Shown: one piece after another, positions 35,326 to 44,429 of the stretch
Layout: each line of letters opens with the position of its first letter
Position numbering within the stretch: position 1 is the first letter of the stretch
Source of the DNA: a virus
DNA: 56,242 bases
Virus record (IMG/VR): IMGVR_UViG_3300045988_040265
Coordinates: 1 to 56,242 of that record
Reading direction: 5' to 3' (one strand)
The notes under the pieces: generated by a model
What the model saw: only the letters and a program-made list of their open reading frames with translations
Databases searched by the model: none
Told to the model about the DNA's origin: nothing
Made by a program: the position numbers and the translations under genes

Positions 35326-35649
35326 CTACACCTCCTTATCTTCATTAAGTCGCGCTTCCAATCCGTCTATACGGTGGTGTGCTGACTTTACACTCTCTTC
35401 AACTTTTACAATACGATTGTCATGAGAATTAAGCTCTTTTCTCATTTCTGTTACTTCGTTCTTAATCTCTGTTGTATTGCTAGATATTGTATCAAGCTTC
35501 ATATTTATTCGTGTATTTTCTCGTACACGTTCTGCAAGTTCTGAATTGTCGGACTTCTTATTGTTCTTTAAGTTAAAGAACAAAGTAAACAGTCCGAAAA
35601 AGACGGAAAAAGCAACTGAAATAATGCTTATAATTACTGCTATTGGCAT
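35326..35649 (-). CDS. N-terminally anchored coiled-coil membrane protein (holin partner or XhlA-like candidate)
   Basis: N-terminal TM helix followed by a ~75-aa coiled coil. Confidence 0.45.
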   Translation of the reverse strand: MPIAVIISIISVAFSVFFGLFTLFFNLKNNKKSDNSELAERVRENTRINMKLDTISSNTTEIKNEVTEMRKELNSHDNRIVKVEESVKSAHHRIDGLEARLNEDKEV

Positions 35650-35739
35650 TTATATACCGCCTTTCAAGTTTAATAATGGCACACCGCCCACCACCCTTAA
35701 AGTGTGCCGCCTGCTACCATAATGGCAACGCACAATCTT

Positions 35740-36102
35740 CTATAACATCTTTACAAATGGATATACCCCAACAAACAAATCGTCACGGTCTTTCCAGTTT
35801 CGGCTTATTCCGTTTTCTGAATACGATTTCATATAAGATTCTCCTGCCTGTGAATAGTCATACACTGCAAGGTTGACAACGACGCTATTCAGCTTTTTCA
35901 AATCATTATCTATTTGCTCTTGTGTATAACTTTCCGGGTATATCCGTTTGCTTATTACATCTTGCGTGGCTTGTTCTATTAATTGTTCAATCAGTGGATT
36001 TTCTTCCGGATGGTCAAATACAACCTTGTCCGAACCATCTTCTGACTGTTCAATATGAAATTGACCTAATCTAATCTTAACTTGTTCTAAGGTTGTATAC
36101 AT
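35740..36102 (-). CDS. gp6-like head-tail connector protein
   Basis: MYTTLEQVKIRLG.. N-terminus and position after the capsid gene. Confidence 0.6.
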   Translation of the reverse strand: MYTTLEQVKIRLGQFHIEQSEDGSDKVVFDHPEENPLIEQLIEQATQDVISKRIYPESYTQEQIDNDLKKLNSVVVNLAVYDYSQAGESYMKSYSENGISRNWKDRDDLFVGVYPFVKML

Positions 36103-36110
36103 ACGGTCTC

Positions 36111-36359
36111 CTATAATCCAAACTTCTCAATCAACAGTTTCTTTAATTCTGAACCATTTAATCCTTCCGCTTCTGCAATTCCTTCTTCAATGGCAAGGTT
36201 TATTAAATCCGACTTAGGCATTACATTGATTTCGGTTTTGGTATATTTCTTATTCTGCGGTTCAAACGGCAAAGGAGCGGTGTTGCCCGCCCCCTCGTCA
36301 ATTTCTTCCCACGGTTCATACCATCGACCATTATATTTAACACTGTGGTCATATTTCAT
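36111..36359 (-). CDS. Hypothetical protein with a SAP/Rho-N-like C-terminus
   Basis: ..SDLINLAIEEGIAEAEGLNGSELKKLLIEKFGL. Confidence 0.5.
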   Translation of the reverse strand: MKYDHSVKYNGRWYEPWEEIDEGAGNTAPLPFEPQNKKYTKTEINVMPKSDLINLAIEEGIAEAEGLNGSELKKLLIEKFGL

Positions 36360-36372
36360 GGTTCTGCACCTC

Positions 36373-37440
36373 CTAGTAGCACTTAATTACATAGGTGCTA
36401 TCCATTCCTTCGTATGAAGGAAGTACAATTTCTGAAACAGTTGTCTTTGTGTGTACCGGATCATTGGTTACTGTTACTGCTACTGCAACTCCTGTGTTTA
36501 CGATGGAAACATCTGCTGTTCCGCTTCCCATCAATGTTCTTTCCTCTGGAGTAGTTCCATACCATGTATTTCCAAGCTGTCCATTAGGGATTAATGTTGC
36601 AAAACCATCCGGATAGAATTTAGCAACAGTTCCGGCTTCATTCTTATACTGCTTGGTATAAACAATAATATTTACTCCAAGTTCGTTAGAGAACACTTCC
36701 TTGACACGATTATCGTTCATGAACACCGTTGCACTTGTGTTCTGCGCCAGAATTGCATTTTTTATCTTTGCATTCTGCTTTAAGTAGTCCATTGTCTTAC
36801 GTGAGATAATCATAATCGTAGGACGTTCTCCGGTATTTGCTTCTACTGCATCTAACGCCTTGGAAACATCACCAAGTGGATCGGAATTGGTTGCATCTGA
36901 CCACTTGTCGGTTGAACCACTCAATTCAGAAAAGTTGTTTGTGCTGTATGTATTGTCCGGGTCATAATTGTAAGCATAAGTTGCTCCGTTTGCCTGAATA
37001 GAAATCTTTGGGTGTCCATCTGCGGGTGCAAGCAACTGCATAATCATTCTTTCCGGAACAACTGCGGCACCAGAAATCAGTGTATTTGCATCATCATAAA
37101 TTCTGCTTAATACATCTGCCGCATATGGGTCTGATGCATCTGTCACCCTCATGATTTCCTGCTCGTCAGCTTCTTTAATAATCATTGATTCACGGAAGAA
37201 TGCCATTTCTGTTTCTGTGATAACAAATCCTTCTCTGCTTCTTAATGTAGACACTGCATCAAAAGTTGATGGAGCAAGCGAAACAGGAAGTCCCTTTGAA
37301 GTCTTAATCCACTTAAGATCAAGTCCCATCTTCTTTTTTGCAGGGAATAATCCCGCTCCTAAATATTCCTGTTCATTACTTGCAGCTTCTGTATTAACCA
37401 GTGCAATTGCTTTAGCTGAAAATGCATCTCTAATATTCAT
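36373..37440 (-). CDS. Major capsid protein (capsid protein E-like)
   Basis: 355 aa; N-terminus ..EYLGAGLFPAKKKMGLDLKWIKTSKGLPVSL..; sits after the scaffold and decoration genes. Confidence 0.88.
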   Translation of the reverse strand: MNIRDAFSAKAIALVNTEAASNEQEYLGAGLFPAKKKMGLDLKWIKTSKGLPVSLAPSTFDAVSTLRSREGFVITETEMAFFRESMIIKEADEQEIMRVTDASDPYAADVLSRIYDDANTLISGAAVVPERMIMQLLAPADGHPKISIQANGATYAYNYDPDNTYSTNNFSELSGSTDKWSDATNSDPLGDVSKALDAVEANTGERPTIMIISRKTMDYLKQNAKIKNAILAQNTSATVFMNDNRVKEVFSNELGVNIIVYTKQYKNEAGTVAKFYPDGFATLIPNGQLGNTWYGTTPEERTLMGSGTADVSIVNTGVAVAVTVTNDPVHTKTTVSEIVLPSYEGMDSTYVIKCY

Positions 37441-37451
37441 TGTTTTACCTC

Positions 37452-37814
37452 CTATTCAAACACAATTAACGAAAGTGCAGTCTTAACAGCGGTTGCAATT
37501 GTGATGCCCGCATTTGTGTTTGCATTTGATTCATTTACGCAAGCAAACGCCTTTACAATAGTTCCATTTGGGTTTTCCTCATAAACATCGTTTAAAAGAA
37601 TCCCAACTGCATCTCCATCGTCTGTAGAAACTGCTCCACCAGAAGTAGTTCTTCCGTTTACAAATTTTCCATCTTTGTCAATTGGGCTTCCGGCCTTGCA
37701 TACCCCATCTGTAAATGCCGTTGAATCAAGGGTGATTTCTTCAAAAAGCTCTCCACCTAATCTTCTTTTTAAGATTTCCTTTTGAGTTGTTACACTCGTA
37801 TTAGTAACTTTCAT
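37452..37814 (-). CDS. Head decoration-like protein
   Basis: Position between scaffold and capsid genes; Gly/Thr-rich and beta-rich. Confidence 0.45.
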   Translation of the reverse strand: MKVTNTSVTTQKEILKRRLGGELFEEITLDSTAFTDGVCKAGSPIDKDGKFVNGRTTSGGAVSTDDGDAVGILLNDVYEENPNGTIVKAFACVNESNANTNAGITIATAVKTALSLIVFE

Positions 37815-37826
37815 GTTTTTAACCTC

Positions 37827-38390
37827 CTATAAATAACTGTCTACAATAGACTTTGCCGATTCGTTTGAACCGGATAATGTCTTTCCAATAATTTCAGCAG
37901 TTTTTTCAACTTCTGTTTTTCCTTTACCGCCATTGTTTGCGGTGCCTCCACCAGGAATCGCCTGATTCTTTGCTATTTCCTGTTCTTTTGCCTGTGCGGC
38001 GGCGGTCTCTTTTTCGGACATAATCTTGCCAAGCTCTGTGTAATCAAGACTTCCATCATCCTTAACAATTGCTTTTGCCTGATCTGCGGTAATCTTGAAA
38101 TTAGTCATTGCTGATTCTCTCTGATCTCTTACTGCATTTTCTTTCTGCAACTTTGCAATCTGACTATTTGCAGCTTCTAAAGCCTTATTGGCTTTTTCAA
38201 TTTCAGAAAGATTACCTGCTTCTAACTCATCCAGTTTTTTCTGCAGCTCATCTGCATTGTCGGCTTTTTCCTTGTATGCCTTGTTTTTTTCTTTTTCCCT
38301 TGCAACTTCTGAATTTGTCTGATTTAACAATCCTGTGATCTGCTCATCTGTTGCATCTGGAAACAACTTCAATACCTGTTCTCTTGTCAT
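37827..38390 (-). CDS. Scaffolding protein (DUF4355-like)
   Basis: MTREQVLKLFPDATDEQITGLLNQ.. followed by a long coiled coil. Confidence 0.75.
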   Translation of the reverse strand: MTREQVLKLFPDATDEQITGLLNQTNSEVAREKEKNKAYKEKADNADELQKKLDELEAGNLSEIEKANKALEAANSQIAKLQKENAVRDQRESAMTNFKITADQAKAIVKDDGSLDYTELGKIMSEKETAAAQAKEQEIAKNQAIPGGGTANNGGKGKTEVEKTAEIIGKTLSGSNESAKSIVDSYL

Positions 38391-38505
38391 AATTACCTCC
38401 GTTTAACTCACGCTTTTGATTTCGCAGGTTGCTCCTGCCGAGTTATCTGCTATTTTTCGCATAGCTGCTTTTTTATATAGAAAAAGGCAACCATAAATGG
38501 CTGCC

Positions 38506-39138
38506 TTAATTCTTCGTGTACATAATTGAGCATCTGCAATTCACTATCTCATTTGCACTTGCTCCAAGCGACATATCTTTTGGAAACATTAATTCCGAAT
38601 TTCCGACTTTGAACGGTTCAAAAATGTTGATTTTCTTATCGTCAACGTCAACATGTGTATGCCTAACATATTTATCTTTCATTGTCTTCCAAGTTTTGAA
38701 TTTATACCCTTTACTTATCATCTTTGTTTGAAGCCTGTAATTTCCTATCGTGTTTGCTTCATTTGCTGATATATTTAGCAATCGTGCAATAGAGGTATAG
38801 TATTCATATTGGACATTTTCCAAGGTTGTATCTATTATTTCCATTGTTATGTATGCGGCATAAGAAACTATATAGGCAGGTGTTATTTTCTTACCCATAT
38901 AATCTGTTGCAATTTCGCAATACGCATTATCTATGTTCTCATAACATTCTTCCCTTGTGCTGTCCTTAATCATTTCAAACAGTCTTTCAAAAGCTCTTTC
39001 GAATTTTTTAGCAAGGTTTATTCTGTCTTTCTTCTCCTGGTCTGATATTTCCATTTCACCGAAATAATCTTCGTATTCAATTATGTTCAGTTCATCTATC
39101 TTATTCATATCAATTAAATAAGCGGTAGCATTATTCAA
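38506..39138 (-). CDS. Minor head / head morphogenesis protein (SPP1 gp7 / Mu F-like)
   Basis: C-terminal VRHTHVDVDDKKI..PFKVG..FPKD..NCRCS. Confidence 0.75.
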   Translation of the reverse strand: MNNATAYLIDMNKIDELNIIEYEDYFGEMEISDQEKKDRINLAKKFERAFERLFEMIKDSTREECYENIDNAYCEIATDYMGKKITPAYIVSYAAYITMEIIDTTLENVQYEYYTSIARLLNISANEANTIGNYRLQTKMISKGYKFKTWKTMKDKYVRHTHVDVDDKKINIFEPFKVGNSELMFPKDMSLGASANEIVNCRCSIMYTKN

Positions 39139-40561
39139 CTACCGCTTTGTTACTGTTTATGTTCTTTACTATTTCTTTTGCCTTAGATTCTTGTTCTTCT
39201 GCATCATCAATAGTTTTGTATATATTGTCAATGTATGGTTTTGATAATAAAAATGTCTTTTCCGCATCTCCCCATAATCCTACTGTTTTTATTGCTACAA
39301 GAGGATGTATTCCACTTTGTAACAATACTGTAAGTGTCTGTGCTTTGGTGTACATGTTATCCTGCGGACTGTGATTAATCTGCACATCAAAATCCCTAAT
39401 TGACAGTTTCAAGTCTTTGCCGGCAAGTCTTAATACATTAAGAACCACCATTGCAAGTCTTTTTTCCGCCGTTTTAACAACCGGGTCTTTTAACTTTGCT
39501 CTTGTTTTAGAGAAGTCCCATCCGTTTCTAAGCTCAACCGCCCCTTGAGTATCTCCGCCTGTATTTCCCTGTTTGTTTGGAATAGCTAAAATGGATAATG
39601 TGTTATTCCACATATCTTCTTTAGCTACCTGACACTGTGTCTGGTCGAGTTCCTGTGTCATAATTTCAACATCAGCTTTGTTATCTTTATTTGTTGATGT
39701 AACAACTAATGCATGACTTTCTTTCATTTTTGAAAATGTTTCTTCATCAATCTGGCAGTTGACAAACTTTACAAAATATTCCACGAATTGCTGGATTCCA
39801 TCTACACGATTAGACTGCATATTGTTAATCGCATCAAGCATTCCAATAACAAGTTCAATATCTGATATTCTTTCGTGATTGTTCGGAAACTCAACAATTG
39901 GTATTTGTCCATATGTGTGAAGTTTTGTTTCAACAACATTGCTATTTTCTATTCTGAATGACATTGTTTCAGAAAACGCCATTTTATAATGATTGCCGTC
40001 AAGATCTTTAAGCTCCTGCACTGCAAGGATTGGTTCTTCTGTATTCTCGTTGTATATCACAAAGGTATTCATTGGTGTTGGTGCCACAATCCTAAATGGA
40101 ATATCACCATTATCTTTAGGTTGAATTGCCTTAAATGAAGTACCTGTTGCCGATTGCCACTCTCCAGCTTTAATATCTTTTTCCTGCTTATTTGCATCAG
40201 CCATAAAATCATTAAGAATATCAACGGCTTTGTTGATAGTTGCATCGTCTTTTCTGCTTATGAATTGAATAGGCTCTCCATATGTCTGTCCAACCTTAAA
40301 TTGAACAATTTCATATGCATGATTTTCAACAACTTTGTTTAATATGTCCTCATTTGAAAGCTTTGTGCGATACAAAACAGGTTGGTCACCTTTGTAATAA
40401 TCCCAAAGATACTTAATAGCCGTTTTATTCCAGTAAAACGCACCAATACAACTGCCAATTACTTTCACAACATTTTTAGCATTTATTATTTCGACATTTG
40501 TGTATGCAATTTTTCTGCCATAACAACCTCTGACAAGATCGTTAAAACTTCTCTTATTCAT
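39131..40561 (-). CDS. Portal protein
   Basis: 476 aa, positioned upstream of the head morphogenesis genes. Confidence 0.85.
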   Translation of the reverse strand: MNKRSFNDLVRGCYGRKIAYTNVEIINAKNVVKVIGSCIGAFYWNKTAIKYLWDYYKGDQPVLYRTKLSNEDILNKVVENHAYEIVQFKVGQTYGEPIQFISRKDDATINKAVDILNDFMADANKQEKDIKAGEWQSATGTSFKAIQPKDNGDIPFRIVAPTPMNTFVIYNENTEEPILAVQELKDLDGNHYKMAFSETMSFRIENSNVVETKLHTYGQIPIVEFPNNHERISDIELVIGMLDAINNMQSNRVDGIQQFVEYFVKFVNCQIDEETFSKMKESHALVVTSTNKDNKADVEIMTQELDQTQCQVAKEDMWNNTLSILAIPNKQGNTGGDTQGAVELRNGWDFSKTRAKLKDPVVKTAEKRLAMVVLNVLRLAGKDLKLSIRDFDVQINHSPQDNMYTKAQTLTVLLQSGIHPLVAIKTVGLWGDAEKTFLLSKPYIDNIYKTIDDAEEQESKAKEIVKNINSNKAVVE

Positions 40562-40752
40562 ATAAATGTCACTCCACTGCTTGTAGCTCTAATTGGTAAG
40601 GATTTTGCTTTTGTTTCTCCTGTATCAGTGTAATAGACAATTTTCTTATTACACTTCTTGCATCTGTACATCTGATTTATTGTTGCTTTCCCATCATAAT
40701 CGCCAACTTTTCGTTTACAAATAGGACAGTATATTGTTTTTTCCATCTTCAT
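40558..40752 (-). CDS. Zinc-ribbon protein (Com-like layout CPICK...CKKC)
   Basis: YCPICKRKVGDYDGKATINQMYRCKKCNKKIVYY; the Com assignment is tentative. Confidence 0.45.
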   Translation of the reverse strand: MKMEKTIYCPICKRKVGDYDGKATINQMYRCKKCNKKIVYYTDTGETKAKSLPIRATSSGVTFI

Positions 40753-40769
40753 TTTCCTTTAAAATATCA

Positions 40770-40796
40770 AAGGCACCATATTAAATATGGTGCCTT
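40770..40796 (-). terminator. Strong hairpin (12-bp stem) between the sigma-like gene and the Com-like/portal genes
   Basis: AAGGCACCATAT-taa-ATATGGTGCCTT, followed on the coding strand by TGATATTTTAAAGG. Confidence 0.55.
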
Positions 40797-40905
40797 GATG
40801 AGAGGGTTTGTTAACTTATTGTTTTGGATTAGAATGAAGTTCATTTCTGATACTTCTTCTGATTGTCAGTTTATCATGTCAACTTTTTAACATCAATGTG
40901 AAATT

Positions 40906-41340
40906 TTATGAATTTTTATGCAAATATGTATCTCCATACATTTTTTCAAATTCCTGTAATGCTCTTCCGTGAATGTTAAAAACCTGTCTTATGCTCCAGT
41001 TTTCGGAATCTGCTATGTCTTGGAACGTTCTTCTTTCGACATAATGTTTATGTAATACATCATAGTGGTCTATATTTTTCATGTTGTCAATTTGTCTTAA
41101 TATTTCTTTTCTTTTATCAACCAACGAATCAACTAATTCATCTGTTTCTCTTTCCAAATCTACAATCTTTGCAATTGTTGACCCAAGTTTATCCTGATTA
41201 CCGGAAGTCTGCACCCTTTCACTGTCTCCGGAGACAGTTATACTACAAGCCATTATTTTAAGTTGGTAAATTTCAGAAAGTTTATTTGTAATCATTTTAT
41301 CCAGACGTTCAATCTGATTCAGATATTCCTTTGTTGTCAT
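40906..41340 (-). CDS. DUF1492 / sigma-70 region-4-like phage transcriptional regulator
   Basis: ..ERVQTSGNQDKL..DLERE..; C-terminal HYVERRTFQDIADSENWSIRQVFNIHGRAL. Confidence 0.7.
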   Translation of the reverse strand: MTTKEYLNQIERLDKMITNKLSEIYQLKIMACSITVSGDSERVQTSGNQDKLGSTIAKIVDLERETDELVDSLVDKRKEILRQIDNMKNIDHYDVLHKHYVERRTFQDIADSENWSIRQVFNIHGRALQEFEKMYGDTYLHKNS

Positions 41341-41343
41341 AGC

Positions 41344-43080
41344 TTAATACCTCCTAAACGGATTAACCGCTGCTTCCACTCTTGCAACTCTATTCCCTTG
41401 TGTTACCCGTAATGCAAAGTTTGAAAAAACGTCAGGAACATCATCAAGTTGCTTTTTCCCGGAAACAGAGTATTGCTTTAATAACGCCATCATAACACCG
41501 TATGGTTCGTTTGGTTTGTAAAGTGACTGGTCCTTAAATATAACATGTTGCAAAATCCAACTAGAGCATTGAAATATACGTGCTTCTTTATTTGTTTCTG
41601 TTGGAACATCTGTAATATTGCATATCCATCCGACAGATTCGACACGTTTATTAACTTCCATTGCAACTCTATCTCCTCCTGCATTACGTTCAAACTCGCA
41701 TTCTTGCACTTTATTGTTTACAATAACACCTGCTGCATTTCTGTACTGTTCCTCATAATCTGCGGTATTATCGCAAACACAATCAACACAATAATAATCA
41801 TCGCCATATTTTTGAAGCACCGGCAATACAAAATAATCTGTTCCTTTGCCTTTTGTATCACATTGTGCAGTAATAATTTCCGGTTCACCATGTGGAAGAT
41901 TGAGATACCTTCGAATTTTATCATCCGGAAACAATAATCCCTCACGCTCAATTGGCTCCTGTTTGTACAAGCACTTGTAGGAAATTTCATCCATGAGCAA
42001 TTGCTGGTCTTCAAAAAACTCTTTCGTAAATCCACTATACTCATAATCAAAATTGCTTTCTCCTGTTGTCGGGTCCACATCGGGTACTGATATTGTTTTG
42101 ACTCTCGGATTTCCAATATACATATTTTGAATGCGTCCAATAACATCATGTACGCTCCAACGAGTGGCAATATGTATCTCTTTACATGGTTTTCCGTCTG
42201 TATCTTGTGTCTTACGTTGTCTTGCGTCTACTGCGTATTTATCCCATAATTTATCAAGTATTGTAGGATTTAAGGCTTCCTCAATTCCGCCTATCATATC
42301 ATCAACTAGCAAAAATTTACTCGCACGGACTTTTCCGGCATTCTTACTTCCAACAGAAGTACATTGTACTGACGGAAAAGGTTTGTATTTTCCAATATTG
42401 AATTGCTCCATTTTGGCATTCGTGCTTGTAACTGATAGATTAGGAAAAATGTCATGCCACGCATAATCATCATCATTGGTAACAATGTCGTATACTCCAT
42501 CGTAGTACATTCGTGTAATATCGCCACTGTGCGAATAAAATAGGCTGTAGTCTTTTGGAAACCAACCGGCAACTGCCGAATGAAAAAATTTCTCAATTGT
42601 ACTCTTTCCGGCTCCAGGCACTAGGCTCACACATAATATGTCGTATTTATCATCAACCATGCCTTGCAGTGCGTCCACAAGTCCGATTTTGATTAATTGT
42701 TTCCTACGTGGCATATAAAATCGGTCTTTAGGCTCGCGCTTTTTCTCTATGTACTGAAAATAGCTGTCAACTATTTTATTTTGTGCTTCCAGCAACAAAA
42801 TCTCATAATATTTATCCAAAAGATCAAAAGAACCGTTATTTGCAAAAACAACCTTTTCTATCTCCCACATAGATAGGCCTGTATCGCGTTTACAAGCCGT
42901 TTCTATGAGTTCTTTTGCTCTAGTCGTACATTTTAACATTGTTTCTGTTTCTTTGTCTTTACAAGCCAATTGGCACACATCACAGTATGCATTTATAACA
43001 TTTTCGTCTATTCCTTTTTGAGATATATATTTTTCACATTCTGAAATCAATTGATCTAATTCAGATTTCAAGAAAAGCAC
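41344..43080 (-). CDS. terL: Terminase large subunit
   Basis: Walker A VPGAGKST, LLVDDM Walker B-like motif, 578 aa. Confidence 0.88.
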   Translation of the reverse strand: MLFLKSELDQLISECEKYISQKGIDENVINAYCDVCQLACKDKETETMLKCTTRAKELIETACKRDTGLSMWEIEKVVFANNGSFDLLDKYYEILLLEAQNKIVDSYFQYIEKKREPKDRFYMPRRKQLIKIGLVDALQGMVDDKYDILCVSLVPGAGKSTIEKFFHSAVAGWFPKDYSLFYSHSGDITRMYYDGVYDIVTNDDDYAWHDIFPNLSVTSTNAKMEQFNIGKYKPFPSVQCTSVGSKNAGKVRASKFLLVDDMIGGIEEALNPTILDKLWDKYAVDARQRKTQDTDGKPCKEIHIATRWSVHDVIGRIQNMYIGNPRVKTISVPDVDPTTGESNFDYEYSGFTKEFFEDQQLLMDEISYKCLYKQEPIEREGLLFPDDKIRRYLNLPHGEPEIITAQCDTKGKGTDYFVLPVLQKYGDDYYCVDCVCDNTADYEEQYRNAAGVIVNNKVQECEFERNAGGDRVAMEVNKRVESVGWICNITDVPTETNKEARIFQCSSWILQHVIFKDQSLYKPNEPYGVMMALLKQYSVSGKKQLDDVPDVFSNFALRVTQGNRVARVEAAVNPFRRY

Positions 43081-43170
43081 CTCGCTTTCACAGCAAAGGT
43101 GCCTGTAAGACCTCTGCCCATAATTGTTTTAGGTTAGCGACTAACTCTTATTGTTAGCCGGTAATTGTTT

Positions 43171-43380
43171 TTATTCGTTTGCTTTGAAATTGTAAATTGG
43201 TTTAATAATGTCAACTATTTCAACAGTATCTTGTATATTTCCAATTATTTCATCCATTGTTTTATATGCCATAGGGCTTTCGTCAATCGTAGATGTATTT
43301 ACGGATGTTGTAAATATTCCATCCATTGCTTTTTGATACTCTTCTAGCAAAATGCTTTCTTTTGCTTTTGACCTGCTCAT
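43171..43380 (-). CDS. Hypothetical protein
   Basis: ORF. Confidence 0.5.
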   Translation of the reverse strand: MSRSKAKESILLEEYQKAMDGIFTTSVNTSTIDESPMAYKTMDEIIGNIQDTVEIVDIIKPIYNFKANE

Positions 43381-43640
43381 TGTTCGCCCTGCTCCATGCG
43401 GTGCTGAATAATTCCAATCTTCATTTCCTCTGTCAACACTTCTGTCTTATCGTTATTCAGAACCAAATTACCATCTTTGTCCTCCTTATGCCATTGAGCA
43501 TCTACGGTAATCATTGGTTGGCTGTCTACATGGCCGCTAAAGTGCAATTCCATATCGGTACATCTTACCTTTTTGCCATCAATGTAAACCTCTGCTTTTT
43601 CTCCATCTGTAATAATTTTTACTCTTTCTTTCATAAACAA
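43377..43640 (-). CDS. Hypothetical protein
   Basis: ORF with overlapping start and stop. Confidence 0.55.
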   Translation of the reverse strand: MFMKERVKIITDGEKAEVYIDGKKVRCTDMELHFSGHVDSQPMITVDAQWHKEDKDGNLVLNNDKTEVLTEEMKIGIIQHRMEQGEQ

Positions 43641-43894
43641 TTCTCCTTTTCTATTTTTTCATTCCTCATAAACCTCTTAAAATCTCTCCTACACTTAGGG
43701 CATAAATCGTATTGCATATCATCTCTCCATATAGCCATTGGAAACGCTTCCTTTGCTAAATCTTCGGCTGTGTATATGCTTGTTTCGTGAAGAGGTTTTA
43801 TCTCTCTTGTTTTGATATATGCATATTTTTCATCGTAGCGTATTATTTCTTTTCCGCACCTGTCGCAAGTGTGCCATTCTTTTTGATGTTTCAT
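43631..43894 (-). CDS. Hypothetical zinc-ribbon protein
   Basis: CDRCGKE...CPKCRRD. Confidence 0.55.
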   Translation of the reverse strand: MKHQKEWHTCDRCGKEIIRYDEKYAYIKTREIKPLHETSIYTAEDLAKEAFPMAIWRDDMQYDLCPKCRRDFKRFMRNEKIEKENCL

Positions 43895-43995
43895 TATTCC
43901 ACTACCTATTCTATATGCTTAAATGTTCGCTACAATCATTGTCAAAACTCCTGTATATCGTCACAGGGAACGGTGAGTACCTTATTGCTGGGCTA

Positions 43996-44020
43996 TGCTC
44001 ACAGGTGGATTCGAACCACC
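43996..44020 (-). other. Orphan tRNA 3' fragment (T-arm plus acceptor 3' strand) with no matching 5' half
   Basis: Coding sense GGTGG-TTCGAAT-CCACC-TGTGAGCA. Only 30 nt separate its T arm from tRNA-Gln. Confidence 0.5.
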
Positions 44021-44050
44021 ATTCTGCAACCTTGCTTGCTCCGGAAATAA

Positions 44051-44122
44051 CTGGGCTAGCTGGATTCGAACCAGCGAATGCAGGAGTCAAAGTCCTGTGC
44101 CTTACCGCTTGGCGATAGCCCA
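44051..44122 (-). tRNA. tRNA-Gln (anticodon UUG)
   Basis: TGGGCTATCGCCAAGCGGTAAGGCACAGGA-CTTTGAC-TCCTGCATTCGCTGGTTCGAATCCAGCTAGCCCAG folded by hand as a cloverleaf; collinear with the E. coli tRNA-Gln layout. Confidence 0.88.
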
Positions 44123-44332
44123 TTAATTTTTCTTTCTTATTCTCTTCTTTTTCTCAAACAATGTGTCTGGCATAGGTTCTTGATTTACAAACTTAAAAAT
44201 ATATTTTTGAAATGTTGGTGTACTCATTCCTGCAATTTTTGCTGCCTTTGTCAAGCTACAGTTACCGTTCAAAAATTCTGCGCAAGCTTCTGAAAACTTA
44301 TCAATATCGCGTGTCTTTACTCCTTTTGCCAT
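44123..44332 (-). CDS. Small HTH-like protein
   Basis: ..[24 protein letters not shown]..; its stop abuts the tRNA-Gln 5' end. Confidence 0.5.
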   Translation of the reverse strand: MAKGVKTRDIDKFSEACAEFLNGNCSLTKAAKIAGMSTPTFQKYIFKFVNQEPMPDTLFEKKKRIRKKN

Positions 44333-44357
44333 AAAATTCACCACCTTTATTTTTTAG

Positions 44358-44429
44358 TTGGAATGGTTGGAATCGAACCAACTACACACGGCTTATAAGG
44401 CCACCGCTCTACCAGTGAGCTACATTCCA
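44358..44429 (-). tRNA. tRNA-Ile (anticodon UAU)
   Basis: TGGAATG-TA-GCTC-ACTGGTA-GAGC-G-GTGGC-CTTATAA-GCCGT-GTGTA-GTTGG-TTCGATT-CCAAC-CATTCCA-A. The anticodon stem has two G-U pairs. Confidence 0.78.

Noticed and set aside
43911-44123. 70-aa minus ORF and 99-aa plus ORF across the tRNA region
   Set aside because: They are translations of tRNA-Gln and the tRNA-like fragment, with no RBS.
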